A stretch of 33,814 nt of DNA from a virus. Taxonomy: Duplodnaviria > Caudoviricetes. Positions 24,853-33,682 of this stretch are shown in pieces (positions within the stretch are counted from its first letter, which is position 1; every line of letters starts with the position of its first letter). The DNA lies in IMG/VR virus record IMGVR_UViG_3300033996_001106, positions 1-33,814 of that record. One strand, 5' to 3'. The translations under genes and the position numbers were made by a program. The notes beneath the pieces were generated by a model that saw only the letters and a list, made by a program, of their open reading frames with translations, searched no databases and was not told the origin of the DNA.

Positions 24853-27245
24853 TACTCAACCCCGACCGCGCGGCCATCCATCCCGCGCACAATGCGCTTG
24901 GGACGATTCACGCCCTCAACCAGCCTGCTCATGCCTTCAATCATCGCGGCCACGCTGGCGGCGTTCTGCTCCGCCTGCAGCGCCATCTGCTGGCCCAGCG
25001 CACCGACAACTTCGGCATTCGCAGCCTTCACGGCGTCGCCCACCATCGAGCCCAGATAGCTGGTCGTCGGACGCATTGGCTCCGTCGTCCCATCGCCGCG
25101 CGAGCCCGCGCCAATCTCGGCTATCACGATCCGCGTCGACGCCTCGAGCTCCGCTTTCCACCGCTCAAACTCCATCTTCTGTTGCGTGGTCATGGCGTCC
25201 AATTCGGCCTTGCGCTGGTCAACCTCGGCCTGCAGCTGCTGCTTCTGCATCTCGCGCTCGGCCTGCATCTGGTTTTCCTGCGCCGACTGCTCGGCCTGCG
25301 CCTGCTGTTTGCCGCGCTCGGCCTCGACCTGCAGCTGCGCCTTCATCTGCTCGAGCTGTGCGGTGGCCTGCAGTTCGGCGGCGTGCTGCTGGGCCTGCAT
25401 CTGCAGTTTCTGCGCTTCGGTGTTGTCCTGGCTGGGCGGCGGCGGCGCCTGCATCTTGGTCAGCGCGTCCTCGACGGCCGAGCCCATTCGCGCCCGGCGC
25501 ACGGCGGCCATCACCAGTTCCCGCACCGCCTCAATCGGCATGACGCCGGCCTGCACAATGGGCGCGAGGCCCTGCATGAGTTGCGTCACGCCCTGCATCA
25601 ACTGGCTGATGCCGGTTATGTCCTCGTCCTGCGAAGCCGACAGCGTGGAGTCGGTTTCAATGTCGATGTGGTAGGTGCGCGCGGCGTCGTTACGCATCGT
25701 GTCGATGCAGGTTTCCCACGTCATCACCTGCGGCGGCTGCGGGGGCGCCGGCGGCGGCTGGCCCTGCTGCGCGGCCTGCATGGCGGCCTGCTGCCACTGC
25801 TGGAGTTGCTGCTGCAGCTCGGCCCTCACCTCCGCGTCGTGCGGCATGTTGACCAGCGTCATTTTCTCCAGCGTCTCGGGCTGGAACTTTTCGCTGATGA
25901 TCTCAGCCTTGATCCGCACAATGTCGCGAATGTAGCGCTGGACTTCGCGCTGCAGGCGCTGCAGGCGCTGCGTGCCCCATTGCGTCTTGATCTTCTGCGC
26001 GCCGAACGTCTCGGCCGGATCGCTCGCGGACCGCATGATGTCGGCGATCCCGGTGATCTCGTAAATCACCTGCTTCGTCGCCTCGCGCTGCGCGTAGAGT
26101 TCCTTCAACACAAACGCTGCCGTTTCCATGGGCAGCATCCAGATCGCCTTTTCCAGCCCGCCACGCTCGAGCAGCGCAGTGACGTTGGCCGCCGGCACCA
26201 GCTCGTTGTCGCCGGCCTTCATGAGCTCGCCGAGCTCGGTCAGCGTGGCGTCGTAAATGCCTCGAACACGGAGGGCCTCGACAATGCCGTTAATCCGGCG
26301 CGAAATCTTGTTGAGCTCTTTCGCCTGCTGCTCGTACTGGCTGAACAGGGCCGCGGGCACCAACGTGTCGTGCTGCTCGATGGCGTACAGCGGGCGCGGG
26401 CACGGGAAGAAGCCCTGCAGCTTCAGCGGATCTGCCTGCGTCTTCACAGGCTTCGGGTAGCCGGTGGCAATCCACACGACCTGCTGTTCGTCCTTGTCCC
26501 AGATCTCCCAGACCTCGGCGGTTTTGAACAGCATTTCCATGTCGGCTTGCGCCTTCACGTCTTCGTCGGCCACGGAGTCCAGCGGGACCGCGTTGCCGAT
26601 CTCGTTGCCGAACTTTTCGATCAGATCTTCGCGGTTCAGGTGGTGCCGAAACGCCACCCAGCACACGTCGTCCCAGCAGCGGGCGGCGCTCAGGCGAAAG
26701 TCGTCCCACTGCACGCGCTCGACGACGACCTGCTCCCAGTCGATCTCCTCGTAAGCGCCCTCTTGGGCCTCATGCGTCGGCTCTTCGTTCTCCTCGAGGT
26801 GCGTGTCTTCGGTCACGCCCACCTGCCGGAGGCTGGGAACGTAGCGCACGCGAGACACCGCGCGGCCGGGCAGCAACATGGCCAGCACGTCGCCCTTCAA
26901 CACAGAGTCGAAGTCGTAGGCGTCTTGGCAGAACTCCAGCGCGCGCGTCAGCACGTCGCTGACCGCCTTGCCCAACGGGTCTTCGTCGTTGTATCGACGG
27001 CGAACCTTCGGCTGCGGCAGGCTGTTGTAGCAGGCCTGGCGCAGGGTTTCGGTGTTCGTCCACAGAATGTTGAAGCTCGACGCCATCGGGTTGTCCGGCG
27101 TGTACAGCTTGCAAATGTCGCGCGCCTTTTTGCGCCAAGCCTCCTCGCGCTTGGAAGCCAGCTTCAGCTCGAGCTTCCAGCGGCGCGCCACCGCCTGCGG
27201 CGACGTGCCGAGGTCGGTGACTTTTTCGAGGCTGGCGGCGTCCAT
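24852..27245 (-). CDS. Portal protein with long Q-rich C-terminal helical extension
   Basis: 797 aa downstream of TerL; FNILWTN, FFPCP, IYEITGIADIMR and IDIETDST; P22-like barrel tail. Confidence 0.85.
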   Translation of the reverse strand: MDAASLEKVTDLGTSPQAVARRWKLELKLASKREEAWRKKARDICKLYTPDNPMASSFNILWTNTETLRQACYNSLPQPKVRRRYNDEDPLGKAVSDVLTRALEFCQDAYDFDSVLKGDVLAMLLPGRAVSRVRYVPSLRQVGVTEDTHLEENEEPTHEAQEGAYEEIDWEQVVVERVQWDDFRLSAARCWDDVCWVAFRHHLNREDLIEKFGNEIGNAVPLDSVADEDVKAQADMEMLFKTAEVWEIWDKDEQQVVWIATGYPKPVKTQADPLKLQGFFPCPRPLYAIEQHDTLVPAALFSQYEQQAKELNKISRRINGIVEALRVRGIYDATLTELGELMKAGDNELVPAANVTALLERGGLEKAIWMLPMETAAFVLKELYAQREATKQVIYEITGIADIMRSASDPAETFGAQKIKTQWGTQRLQRLQREVQRYIRDIVRIKAEIISEKFQPETLEKMTLVNMPHDAEVRAELQQQLQQWQQAAMQAAQQGQPPPAPPQPPQVMTWETCIDTMRNDAARTYHIDIETDSTLSASQDEDITGISQLMQGVTQLMQGLAPIVQAGVMPIEAVRELVMAAVRRARMGSAVEDALTKMQAPPPPSQDNTEAQKLQMQAQQHAAELQATAQLEQMKAQLQVEAERGKQQAQAEQSAQENQMQAEREMQKQQLQAEVDQRKAELDAMTTQQKMEFERWKAELEASTRIVIAEIGAGSRGDGTTEPMRPTTSYLGSMVGDAVKAANAEVVGALGQQMALQAEQNAASVAAMIEGMSRLVEGVNRPKRIVRGMDGRAVGVE

Positions 27246-28033
27246 TAGGCGGGGTACAGGTTTACAAGCGCTGACTCCAGAATGGAGTAATCGGTTGCTA
27301 ATCCGATTTGGTGCATTAACGTAAGCGCGGTTTGGTTTGCCGTGTTTACAGTCATGTAAGTGGCATTGACTGCGCCTCGCCCATATGGTTGATACACGCC
27401 ACCGCTGTTAATGCAGACCTGTAACGCTTGGTTGTTTCGGTTGGCGATATAGCAACCGAAATTGCCGCTCAGATCCGAGAACGCACCGCTAACGCCCGCA
27501 GCAGAACTGCCGCCCAAACGTGTTCTGAGCGCCTTCGTCCCAGCTGACGAAGCAAACGACGCGGAATGCTCCACGCGCAACGCGCCATTGGGCCCCAATG
27601 CGCCAGCCGGGATTGTGAGGTTTGCCAGCGCAATCTCGGTCGCCAGCGTCTGAACATAAGCCGCGTTGCTTCCCGTAACGGCAACAAGACTGGTGGGGAC
27701 GAATGGAATAAACGCTGACGTTGCGCCAGTAGCTCCGCCCTGCTTTCCGGCGTAAACGGTCGCCTGCGTGGTGCTTGAAAAAACGCAGTAGTAAAGGCCG
27801 CCCGTGGCGTCTCCCGACACGGCGCCCGCAGGGAAAAAGCACCACGCCTGCGCGTAAGTCGTCGGCAGCGCAGTCGTCAGCGTCAGCGTGCCGTTGGTCG
27901 CAATCGTGCCGTCGCTCGGCAGAATGACCGCTAAACCGGTAGCCGCCAGAATAGTCGGCAGAATCGGCTGCCCGCTGCGGCTGAACCAGCGGCCGTTCGA
28001 ATATATGTCCTGCGGATCTGTTCCGGCCGGCAT
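27245..28033 (-). CDS. Putative virion-surface protein inserted between TerL and portal
   Basis: 262 aa; T/A/G/S-rich; coupled on both sides. Confidence 0.7.
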   Translation of the reverse strand: MPAGTDPQDIYSNGRWFSRSGQPILPTILAATGLAVILPSDGTIATNGTLTLTTALPTTYAQAWCFFPAGAVSGDATGGLYYCVFSSTTQATVYAGKQGGATGATSAFIPFVPTSLVAVTGSNAAYVQTLATEIALANLTIPAGALGPNGALRVEHSASFASSAGTKALRTRLGGSSAAGVSGAFSDLSGNFGCYIANRNNQALQVCINSGGVYQPYGRGAVNATYMTVNTANQTALTLMHQIGLATDYSILESALVNLYPA

Positions 28034-29347
28034 TTAGGCGTCCTCAAGTCGTCGGCGGGTTTGGCGCCGAATCATTTCGTTGATCGTCAAATCTTGCTGG
28101 AACCGTGGCGCAGCTGGTGCGCGCGGTTTCATTTCTTCGCGCCACACCAAGCACGCGTAGCGAAACGCGTCCGCGTAGTGGCTCGTCCAGTCGTGGCGCG
28201 GTCGGTCGCGAAAGCACTTTTTGTCTTCGTCGAACTCGCGCTGGTACTGCTTCAAGGCGTCCAAGCCTTCACGGCAGCGCTCATCGAAGTAGGCGTCGGC
28301 CAGCGTTAGGCGCGCGGCCTGAATGCCGTCGACGAGTCCCAATTCGGGAACAATGCGAGGCTTCCAGCCCAAGGCTCGAAACTGCTCTTCAATGCTCCGG
28401 CCTGTTTGCAGCGACTTCGCCCTGGCGTCGTGCGGCAGCCACAGCCACTCGCCGTATTTCCACCGCTTGGCCTGCAGCACGTCGTTGTAATGCGCAATCG
28501 ACATGCCGTTGCTGCTGTAGCAGTCGACAAGGCGCAGCTCGTCGCGCACCTGAAACCACCAAATGGCGGTGTCGTCTGAGTACCCAAGGTCGAACACTGC
28601 ATGTACCGGCAGCGCCGGGTCGTACAGGTTGCGCTTCATGCGGCCCGACTGCTCGAGCTCGTAGAGCTCCTTGCCGAATATGGCGCCCGGCAGCGCGGCG
28701 TCGAAGTCGCACTCCATTTCTTGCCGCCACGCGTCGTCGGTCAGCTCGGCGCGCAGGGCCTCGAGCTCTGCAGCGGGCAGCAGGCCTGACTCGCTGGCCT
28801 TTATCGTCGCGACGTACCAGTCGTCGCTGGCCTGCGCGTCGCGGTAGGTTTCCCAGAATGAGTTCCGGCCCTTTGGCGTGCCAATCACAATGGCCCAGCC
28901 GCTTTTGTCGGCCAGCGCCGGGCGAATGACGTAACCCCAAACAGAGGGCTTCCAGTCGCCGTACTCGTCGGCCACCAGTCCGTCGAAACCAAGGCCGCGC
29001 AATGCGTCTGCATTGTCTGCGCCAAACAGCTGAATGCGGGCGCCGTTCGCGAAGTCGACGCGCAGCTCGGCCTCGTTTACCTTCAATCCCGGCAGCGGGC
29101 GACTGAAGGTTTTCAAGTAGTCCCACGCCACGGCCTTAGCCTGGCGAAAGAATGGCGCGACGTACGCGAACCGCGCCCCCGGCTTGGCGGTGACCGCGCA
29201 CTTGATCAGTTCGTTAATGCAGGCGACCGTTTTGCCTGCGCGCCGATGCGCGACGACCACGGCCCACCGCTGCCTGCGGTTATGCAGGCCGAGAAACGCG
29301 CGGCGTGGGCTGTAAGGGATCGTTACGACTCGCTGGGCGGCAGCCAT
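28034..29347 (-). CDS. terL: Terminase large subunit
   Basis: HRRAGKT Walker A, LVADE Walker B, GTPKG, FDLGYSDDT and HDWTSHYADAFRY nuclease motifs. Confidence 0.95.
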   Translation of the reverse strand: MAAAQRVVTIPYSPRRAFLGLHNRRQRWAVVVAHRRAGKTVACINELIKCAVTAKPGARFAYVAPFFRQAKAVAWDYLKTFSRPLPGLKVNEAELRVDFANGARIQLFGADNADALRGLGFDGLVADEYGDWKPSVWGYVIRPALADKSGWAIVIGTPKGRNSFWETYRDAQASDDWYVATIKASESGLLPAAELEALRAELTDDAWRQEMECDFDAALPGAIFGKELYELEQSGRMKRNLYDPALPVHAVFDLGYSDDTAIWWFQVRDELRLVDCYSSNGMSIAHYNDVLQAKRWKYGEWLWLPHDARAKSLQTGRSIEEQFRALGWKPRIVPELGLVDGIQAARLTLADAYFDERCREGLDALKQYQREFDEDKKCFRDRPRHDWTSHYADAFRYACLVWREEMKPRAPAAPRFQQDLTINEMIRRQTRRRLEDA

Positions 29348-29580
29348 GTCACAGCCAGCGGCCCGCCGCTGTCGCCGGTGACCTGCAGCGGGAGCACTTT
29401 CCCAACGAGTGTCATGAAGGCGGCCGGGTTTTCATCGGCCTGACGGGCCAAATAGTCGGCGCCGCCCTTTTGTGCGAGGGCCTCGAGGATCATGTCCTTC
29501 ACGGCCTGCGTGCTTTTGTTGGGCGTGCCTTTTTGCCGCCCACCGCGCCGCTCTCCGGGCGCGCTACCTTTTCCTGCCAT
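29323..29580 (-). CDS. terS: Terminase small subunit
   Basis: GGRQKGTPNK motif and VTGDSGGPL tail; precedes TerL. Confidence 0.8.
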   Translation of the reverse strand: MAGKGSAPGERRGGRQKGTPNKSTQAVKDMILEALAQKGGADYLARQADENPAAFMTLVGKVLPLQVTGDSGGPLAVTWLPPSES

Positions 29581-29633
29581 TGCTGATCATTGCTTGTTCT
29601 GCAATGCCTCCATGCCGGGGTTGCCCAGCCCAG

Positions 29634-29726
29634 AAACAAAAAAGGCCTGTCTTTTCTGACAAGCCTTGTGCTTGGGGCATAGCTTCGCCCCGACGCCGAA
29701 TTTATTCAGGTCGAGAAATTTTGCAA
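29634..29726 (-). promoter_or_regulatory. Late promoter and leader terminator (pR'/tR'-like)
   Basis: TTGCAA (29726-29721), 16-bp spacer, TAAATT (29704-29699) at the end of Q; then hairpin AAGGCTTGTC..GACAGGCCTT followed by TTTTGTTT. Confidence 0.65.
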
Positions 29727-30088
29727 GCGCTTTCTGCGAGCCATTCGGCGGCCTCGTCGAGCAGCGCATAGAAGCGCTGGCGGCTTAGGCCGAAACGCCG
29801 CGCGCTCACCACCGGCGCCTCGCGGGCAATGTAGAAGGCCAGGACGCAACGCCGGTTCGATAGCGGCAATCGGCGCACGAAGGACTCGACCAAGTCGGCG
29901 TCGTCTTCGTCCACTGCGGGTCGAGACTCGTCGGGCTCGATGCCTTCCCATGTGTCGCCGGCGTCAGCTCGGTACATTCGCGCAAAGGCACAGGCCTTGG
30001 GGTAGCCGGTCTTGCTGCTGTGGGCCAGCGACCAGTTGGCCCAGTTTTCAAAGCGCTCCTGCCCGCGCTCTATTTTTGCGCTGGACAT
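29702..30088 (-). CDS. Q-like late antiterminator
   Basis: ATG 30088; FENWANW N-terminus; C-terminal HTH (SARRFGLSRQRFYALL); last gene before the late operon. Confidence 0.72.
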   Translation of the reverse strand: MSSAKIERGQERFENWANWSLAHSSKTGYPKACAFARMYRADAGDTWEGIEPDESRPAVDEDDADLVESFVRRLPLSNRRCVLAFYIAREAPVVSARRFGLSRQRFYALLDEAAEWLAESACKISRPE

Positions 30089-30246
30089 GCGGCCGCCTTG
30101 TCCAACGCATACCGGGCTTCGATCAAATGCTCGCGCGCTTTGTTGAGCCATGCCCGCTTTCTCTCCGAGTTGTTGGTGTCGACCGACTTTTCCGCGACGT
30201 CCATCGAGACCTCGAGCAACATTCCTTGCCAGTCAAGCTCATCCAT
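30070..30246 (-). CDS. 58-aa hypothetical protein (not in the ORF track)
   Basis: MDELDWQGMLLEVSMDVAEK...; GGAGG RBS; fills the gap before Q. Confidence 0.6.
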   Translation of the reverse strand: MDELDWQGMLLEVSMDVAEKSVDTNNSERKRAWLNKAREHLIEARYALDKAAACPAQK

Positions 30247-30469
30247 TGGCCGCCTCCAGACGCTTTTGCTGTTGGTGAGTCAAACAGGCCGACATGGCCT
30301 GCGCTGGTGTGTCGTGCATGCTCAGGTTCTGCGGCGCGCTCATCAGGCCCGGTCCCCAGTGCGCAATGGCCGCAGCCCATTTGTTACCCCGGCGCCAGAC
30401 TTGGTAACGGCTTCGCGGCTGGTCGATTGCTTCCAGCCATTTCGTGCCGTGCTTTTCCCAGCGAATCAT
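30239..30469 (-). CDS. Hypothetical protein
   Basis: 76 aa; GAGGT RBS; ATGA coupling. Confidence 0.65.
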   Translation of the reverse strand: MIRWEKHGTKWLEAIDQPRSRYQVWRRGNKWAAAIAHWGPGLMSAPQNLSMHDTPAQAMSACLTHQQQKRLEAANG

Positions 30470-30675
30470 TTCGACACCTCAAACCCAATGAGCAGCGCGA
30501 GGTAGTGCTGGGCTTTCCGCAGGTCTTCAATGCCGCCCTTGTCGCGCCAGCGGGTGACGTACTTGATGACGTTGCCCTCGAAGAACCCGAGGTCGTTGCG
30601 GTAGATGTATTCCGCCGGCTGGATGGCCAGCTTCTTGTAGTGGTCGCCGCCCACCTGCTCGTTTAGTGCGCTCAT
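30466..30675 (-). CDS. DUF3310 (SaV-like) protein
   Basis: QVGGDHY...IQP...EGNVIKYVTRWRDKGGIEDLRKAQHYL. Confidence 0.88.
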   Translation of the reverse strand: MSALNEQVGGDHYKKLAIQPAEYIYRNDLGFFEGNVIKYVTRWRDKGGIEDLRKAQHYLALLIGFEVSK

Positions 30676-31064
30676 GCGTCGCCCAGGGCTTGGCGCCAAC
30701 CGGTGTCGAGCGTGGTGATTTGCACCTCGAGCTGGCCGCCGGCGACGCGCTCAGCGCGGTAAATGCTCAGGCTTTCGATCAAATTGTCGTTCTCAATCAC
30801 GCCGGAGGCCTCGAGGCAGTCCAATACGCTCTTCAGGAGGTTGTCTAAATCGCGCTTGCGTCGATCGGGAGGAAACGCCGCAATGCGAACCTCAAGCGGA
30901 ACTGCCAAGGCTTTGCGTGCGCGAGCCTGTGCCACTACCGCGTCCACGGCCTTGCGGTACGCCCTGCCCGCTTCGCTTAGTAACGTCCGGCCGGCCAGCG
31001 GGCCTCTCGAGACGTGCCGGTAGTAGGTGTTAGCGGACGGGGGCCATGGCAGGGTTAACCGCAT
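30672..31064 (-). CDS. rusA: RusA Holliday junction resolvase
   Basis: ATG 31064; LPWPPSANTYYR and PPDRRKRDLDNLLKSVLD...END motifs. Confidence 0.92.
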   Translation of the reverse strand: MRLTLPWPPSANTYYRHVSRGPLAGRTLLSEAGRAYRKAVDAVVAQARARKALAVPLEVRIAAFPPDRRKRDLDNLLKSVLDCLEASGVIENDNLIESLSIYRAERVAGGQLEVQITTLDTGWRQALGDA

Positions 31065-31348
31065 TTCAGCACCCCAGCGTCGAACAGGCGTTTTTGCGTT
31101 TTGAAAATGGCGACCATGAAGCGCACTGCACGCTCCTCGTTGTTGCCGCCCGAGTAGCCGTCGAGGTCGGTGTGGCAGCGGTGGCACAGATGCGCAGCGC
31201 AGAAGTCCCACGCTTTCTGCCCGATACCTTTGCCCAGCGCGCTGCTGTACAGGCCGGAGTAGTGAGCCGCGACCACGGTGCCGTCGTCTGCACCGCACAG
31301 CGCGCACGACTGGCCCCGAGCCGCGTCAAGCAACTTTCGCGACTGCAT
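31055..31348 (-). CDS. DUF1364/YbcO-like Zn-binding putative nuclease
   Basis: SRKLLDAARGQSCALC...VVAAH...GKGIGQK...LCHRCH. Confidence 0.78.
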   Translation of the reverse strand: MQSRKLLDAARGQSCALCGADDGTVVAAHYSGLYSSALGKGIGQKAWDFCAAHLCHRCHTDLDGYSGGNNEERAVRFMVAIFKTQKRLFDAGVLKCG

Positions 31349-31655
31349 GTTCTGCGTCCCAGCATTCAACGAACTCGATCAGCTCGGCCATTTCCTTTTT
31401 GCCCATGCGCGAGCTCCGCCGGTAAATCACGTCGAACCCTTGCCCGTCGAGGGCCGGCATGAACCTGGCGGGTGCGCCGCTGGCCCGCACAAACGCCGCA
31501 ATGAACAGTCGCTTCCAGTCCTCGAGGGCGAGGCGCTGGCCGGCCCACACATGGCGACGTGCAATGTCGGCCAGCAGCGCGTGCAGCTTGGCGTTTTGGG
31601 AGTTGTTGCGGGCCTCGAGGACGGCGCCACAGTCGGGACAGCACTCAACGCTCAC
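31326..31655 (-). CDS. ninB: NinB/YbcN-family recombination protein
   Basis: GTG 31655 after GGGAG; RNNSQNAKLHALLADIA, EDWKRLF and SSRMGKKEMAELIE motifs. Confidence 0.85.
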   Translation of the reverse strand: MSVECCPDCGAVLEARNNSQNAKLHALLADIARRHVWAGQRLALEDWKRLFIAAFVRASGAPARFMPALDGQGFDVIYRRSSRMGKKEMAELIEFVECWDAEHAVAKVA

Positions 31656-31821
31656 CGCACAGCTCCCGTTTTTTCGCCTTGGCTGCCGCCGCGCTCGCGA
31701 ACCCACCGTGGGCCGACCGGCCGTGTTTCGTTTTTCGCCAGAGCAAGTAAATAAACTTGCCAGTCCAGCGTTCGCCGTCTTGATACTCGAACCTCTCGAT
31801 TTCCCATGCACCAGCGGTCAT
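31645..31821 (-). CDS. Hypothetical protein (58 aa)
   Basis: ATG 31821 overlaps the stop of the P-like gene (ATGA). Confidence 0.55.
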   Translation of the reverse strand: MTAGAWEIERFEYQDGERWTGKFIYLLWRKTKHGRSAHGGFASAAAAKAKKRELCGER

Positions 31822-32231
31822 GAGCCATGGCTTTGTCCTCTCCCAACCATCAGAAACAGTTTCTGCAGTTCGCGGCGCGCTGTTTCCTGCGAGCTCTTCG
31901 GCGCCGGCAGCTGCGGCAGCGCGCGGTACATGCCCTCGTTTTCGCGCTTGCGGGGTTTGGCCATGGCCATGAACTCGGGAAGGCTCGGGGGCCATGCGTG
32001 TCCGTTCGCCAAGCATCCGCGTATCCCTTCGCGCAGCTCGTCAGCCGACAAGCCGGAAATTGCCTTCGACCACAACGCCGTCGGCTTGTCGCCCTGCTGG
32101 CTTGTCCACTTGTGGCCATACATCTCCGCCATCCGGGTCCAGAACGCCAACACCGTTCTCCCACTCTCGGCAGGCGGCCTTGACTCGGTCGACGGCCGAT
32201 AGGCGGCCACTGCTTCTGCTGCTGTCTTCAC
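31818..32231 (-). CDS. Replication protein P-like (helicase loader)
   Basis: FWTRMAEMYGHKW...W...GLSADELREG...WPPSLPEF; follows O; start uncertain. Confidence 0.72.
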   Translation of the reverse strand: MKTAAEAVAAYRPSTESRPPAESGRTVLAFWTRMAEMYGHKWTSQQGDKPTALWSKAISGLSADELREGIRGCLANGHAWPPSLPEFMAMAKPRKRENEGMYRALPQLPAPKSSQETARRELQKLFLMVGRGQSHGS

Positions 32232-32823
32232 TCGCCCTCCTCACCCAGTTTCGCCATGTGGCCGGCCAGCTGGCCTTGCGGCCCTTTTGCCCAGGGGCCG
32301 CCAGCCAGTAGTCCCGGAACTTTTCAAACTCGCGCGCCCTTCGAGGGCCAAGCACCTGCCCTGCCCATTCCCAGTCGTCGACCGGCGGTTCCCAGTTGGC
32401 GGGTAAGCGCGAAGCGCGCACCTCTCCCTCTTTCTTGGATCCTTGATGGTTCAATGACGGATCGGGTGCAGATTCTGCGGGGCTGCCCCGCAGATTCTGC
32501 GGGGGTGGGGTGCAGATTCTGCGGGGCTGGGGCGCAGATTCTGCGGGGGTCTCCACCACCTCAGCCGGGGCCTGTTCGACCTGAATTCGGTACACCGTCG
32601 ACCGCCCGCGGCCGTCTTGGCGAGTCACCGCGCCGGCCTGTTCCAAGGCTTTCAGGTGGCCTTGCACCGCGCGCTCGCTGAACCCGGTGCGTTCGCACAG
32701 CGTGGCCACCGCCGGCCAGCAAAGGCCGTCTTCGTTCGCAAAATCGGCCAAGGCCATGAGCACAAACTTCGGGCCGGGCGGCAGCTGCAGGGACCAGCAG
32801 GCAGAGGAGATGGAAACGCTCAT
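32041..32823 (-). CDS. Replication initiator (lambda O-like, N-terminal wHTH)
   Basis: KFVLMALADFANEDGLCWPAVATL...SERAVQ; FRDYW...WPATWRNW C-terminal domain; internal iterons. Confidence 0.88.
   Translation of the reverse strand: MSVSISSACWSLQLPPGPKFVLMALADFANEDGLCWPAVATLCERTGFSERAVQGHLKALEQAGAVTRQDGRGRSTVYRIQVEQAPAEVVETPAESAPQPRRICTPPPQNLRGSPAESAPDPSLNHQGSKKEGEVRASRLPANWEPPVDDWEWAGQVLGPRRAREFEKFRDYWLAAPGQKGRKASWPATWRNWVRRASEDSSRSSGRLSAVDRVKAACREWENGVGVLDPDGGDVWPQVDKPAGRQADGVVVEGNFRLVG
32468..32548. repeat. Replication origin iterons
   Basis: Four exact GCAGATTCTGCGGGG copies at 32468, 32490, 32512 and 32534 (22-bp period), each with the GCAGA-N-TCTGC palindrome. Confidence 0.9.
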
Positions 32824-32867
32824 GCGACCTCATTTCGTAGCGTCACTGCGATTCCCTCGAACTATTC

Positions 32868-32911
32868 AAAAAAAACCCCGCGCGGTAACGGGAGTAGAAA
32901 CCCGCGCGGGG
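32868..32911 (-). terminator. tR1-like hairpin between cro and O
   Basis: CCCCGCGCGG, 16-nt loop, CCGCGCGGGG, followed by T8. Confidence 0.7.
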
Positions 32912-32960
32912 TGCCCGCTGGCAAAGGCCTGTGCGCAGAGGGAGGAATGCGAACAGGGGT

Positions 32961-33158
32961 TCATGCAAAAACGTCTGGCCGCAGGTCGGCGGCCTTCACG
33001 GCGCCGTCGGTGGCGCGCTCGATAAGCCATGCCGAGTGAGCGCTGACCGTCTGTCGTTTGGTTATCCAATGCGAAACAGCGCCCGGCGTGCGCCCGACGA
33101 GTTCGGCAAATTCGGCCTGCGTCAGGCCATGAGCTTTCAGGTATTCGGCTAGTTCCAT
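32961..33158 (-). CDS. cro: Cro-like HTH regulator
   Basis: LTQAEFAELVGRTPGAVSHW...IERATDGAVKAADLRPD; divergent from the repressor. Confidence 0.88.
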   Translation of the reverse strand: MELAEYLKAHGLTQAEFAELVGRTPGAVSHWITKRQTVSAHSAWLIERATDGAVKAADLRPDVFA

Positions 33159-33259
33159 GCCGAGAATGATACCTAGTTATTGATCCAGATCAATAACCCG
33201 TTATGTTTTTTGCGCGCCGGCGGTCTGGTTTGGGCCTGTTCCGTTGCTATTCTTGCCGA
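33159..33259. promoter_or_regulatory. Divergent PR/PRM-like switch with operators
   Basis: Operators ATACCTAGTTAT (33169-33180) and ATAACCCGTTAT (33193-33204); minus-strand TTGATC-16bp-TATCAT; plus-strand extended -10 TGcTATTCT (33245-33253). Confidence 0.75.
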
Positions 33260-33682
33260 ATGGCCGACGCACGAAGAACTTTCACCGACGCCGACCGTGC
33301 CGCGCAGCTGCGGCTGCGGGCGCTATGGAATGCAAAAAAGAAAGCCTTGAAGCTAACGCATGAACGAGCGGCCGAAGAATTCGGCGGCGTCACGCCAGGC
33401 TTGATTTCAAACTACCTCAACGGGCGGGCCGCACTCGGCAAGATGGCGGTCATCAAGTTCGCCCGGATCCTGAAGGTGCCCCCTGAGGATATTCGTTCCG
33501 ACATTTCGTTTGGCCGGCAGCTGCACGAGGACGTGCCGCAAGACGTTATTGAGATCGCATGGAAGATAGCCAGCTTGCCAGAGCGCGTTAGGAAAGACCT
33601 TGCAAGAACCGTCGACCTTTTGCTGCAGGCCTCGAACTATGAGGCTTTCTTAGAAAACGCCGAAAAGGCCAAGCCTTTGTAG
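33260..33682 (+). CDS. cI: CI-like repressor (140 aa) lacking an S24 peptidase domain
   Basis: ATG 33260; lambda-CI-like RLRALWNAKKKALKLTHERAAEEF...ISNYLNG...KFARILKV; short helical C-terminus. Confidence 0.85.
   Translation: MADARRTFTDADRAAQLRLRALWNAKKKALKLTHERAAEEFGGVTPGLISNYLNGRAALGKMAVIKFARILKVPPEDIRSDISFGRQLHEDVPQDVIEIAWKIASLPERVRKDLARTVDLLLQASNYEAFLENAEKAKPL

Noticed and set aside
25182-27248. 688-aa + strand ORF and other long antisense ORFs (1113-2075, 4654-5628, 14386-15384)
   Set aside because: They mirror well-supported genes on the opposite strand; typical of high-GC codon bias, with no motifs
32468-32548. CRISPR-like repeat array
   Set aside because: Spacers are only 7 bp, the array is inside the initiator gene and there are no cas genes; these are iterons
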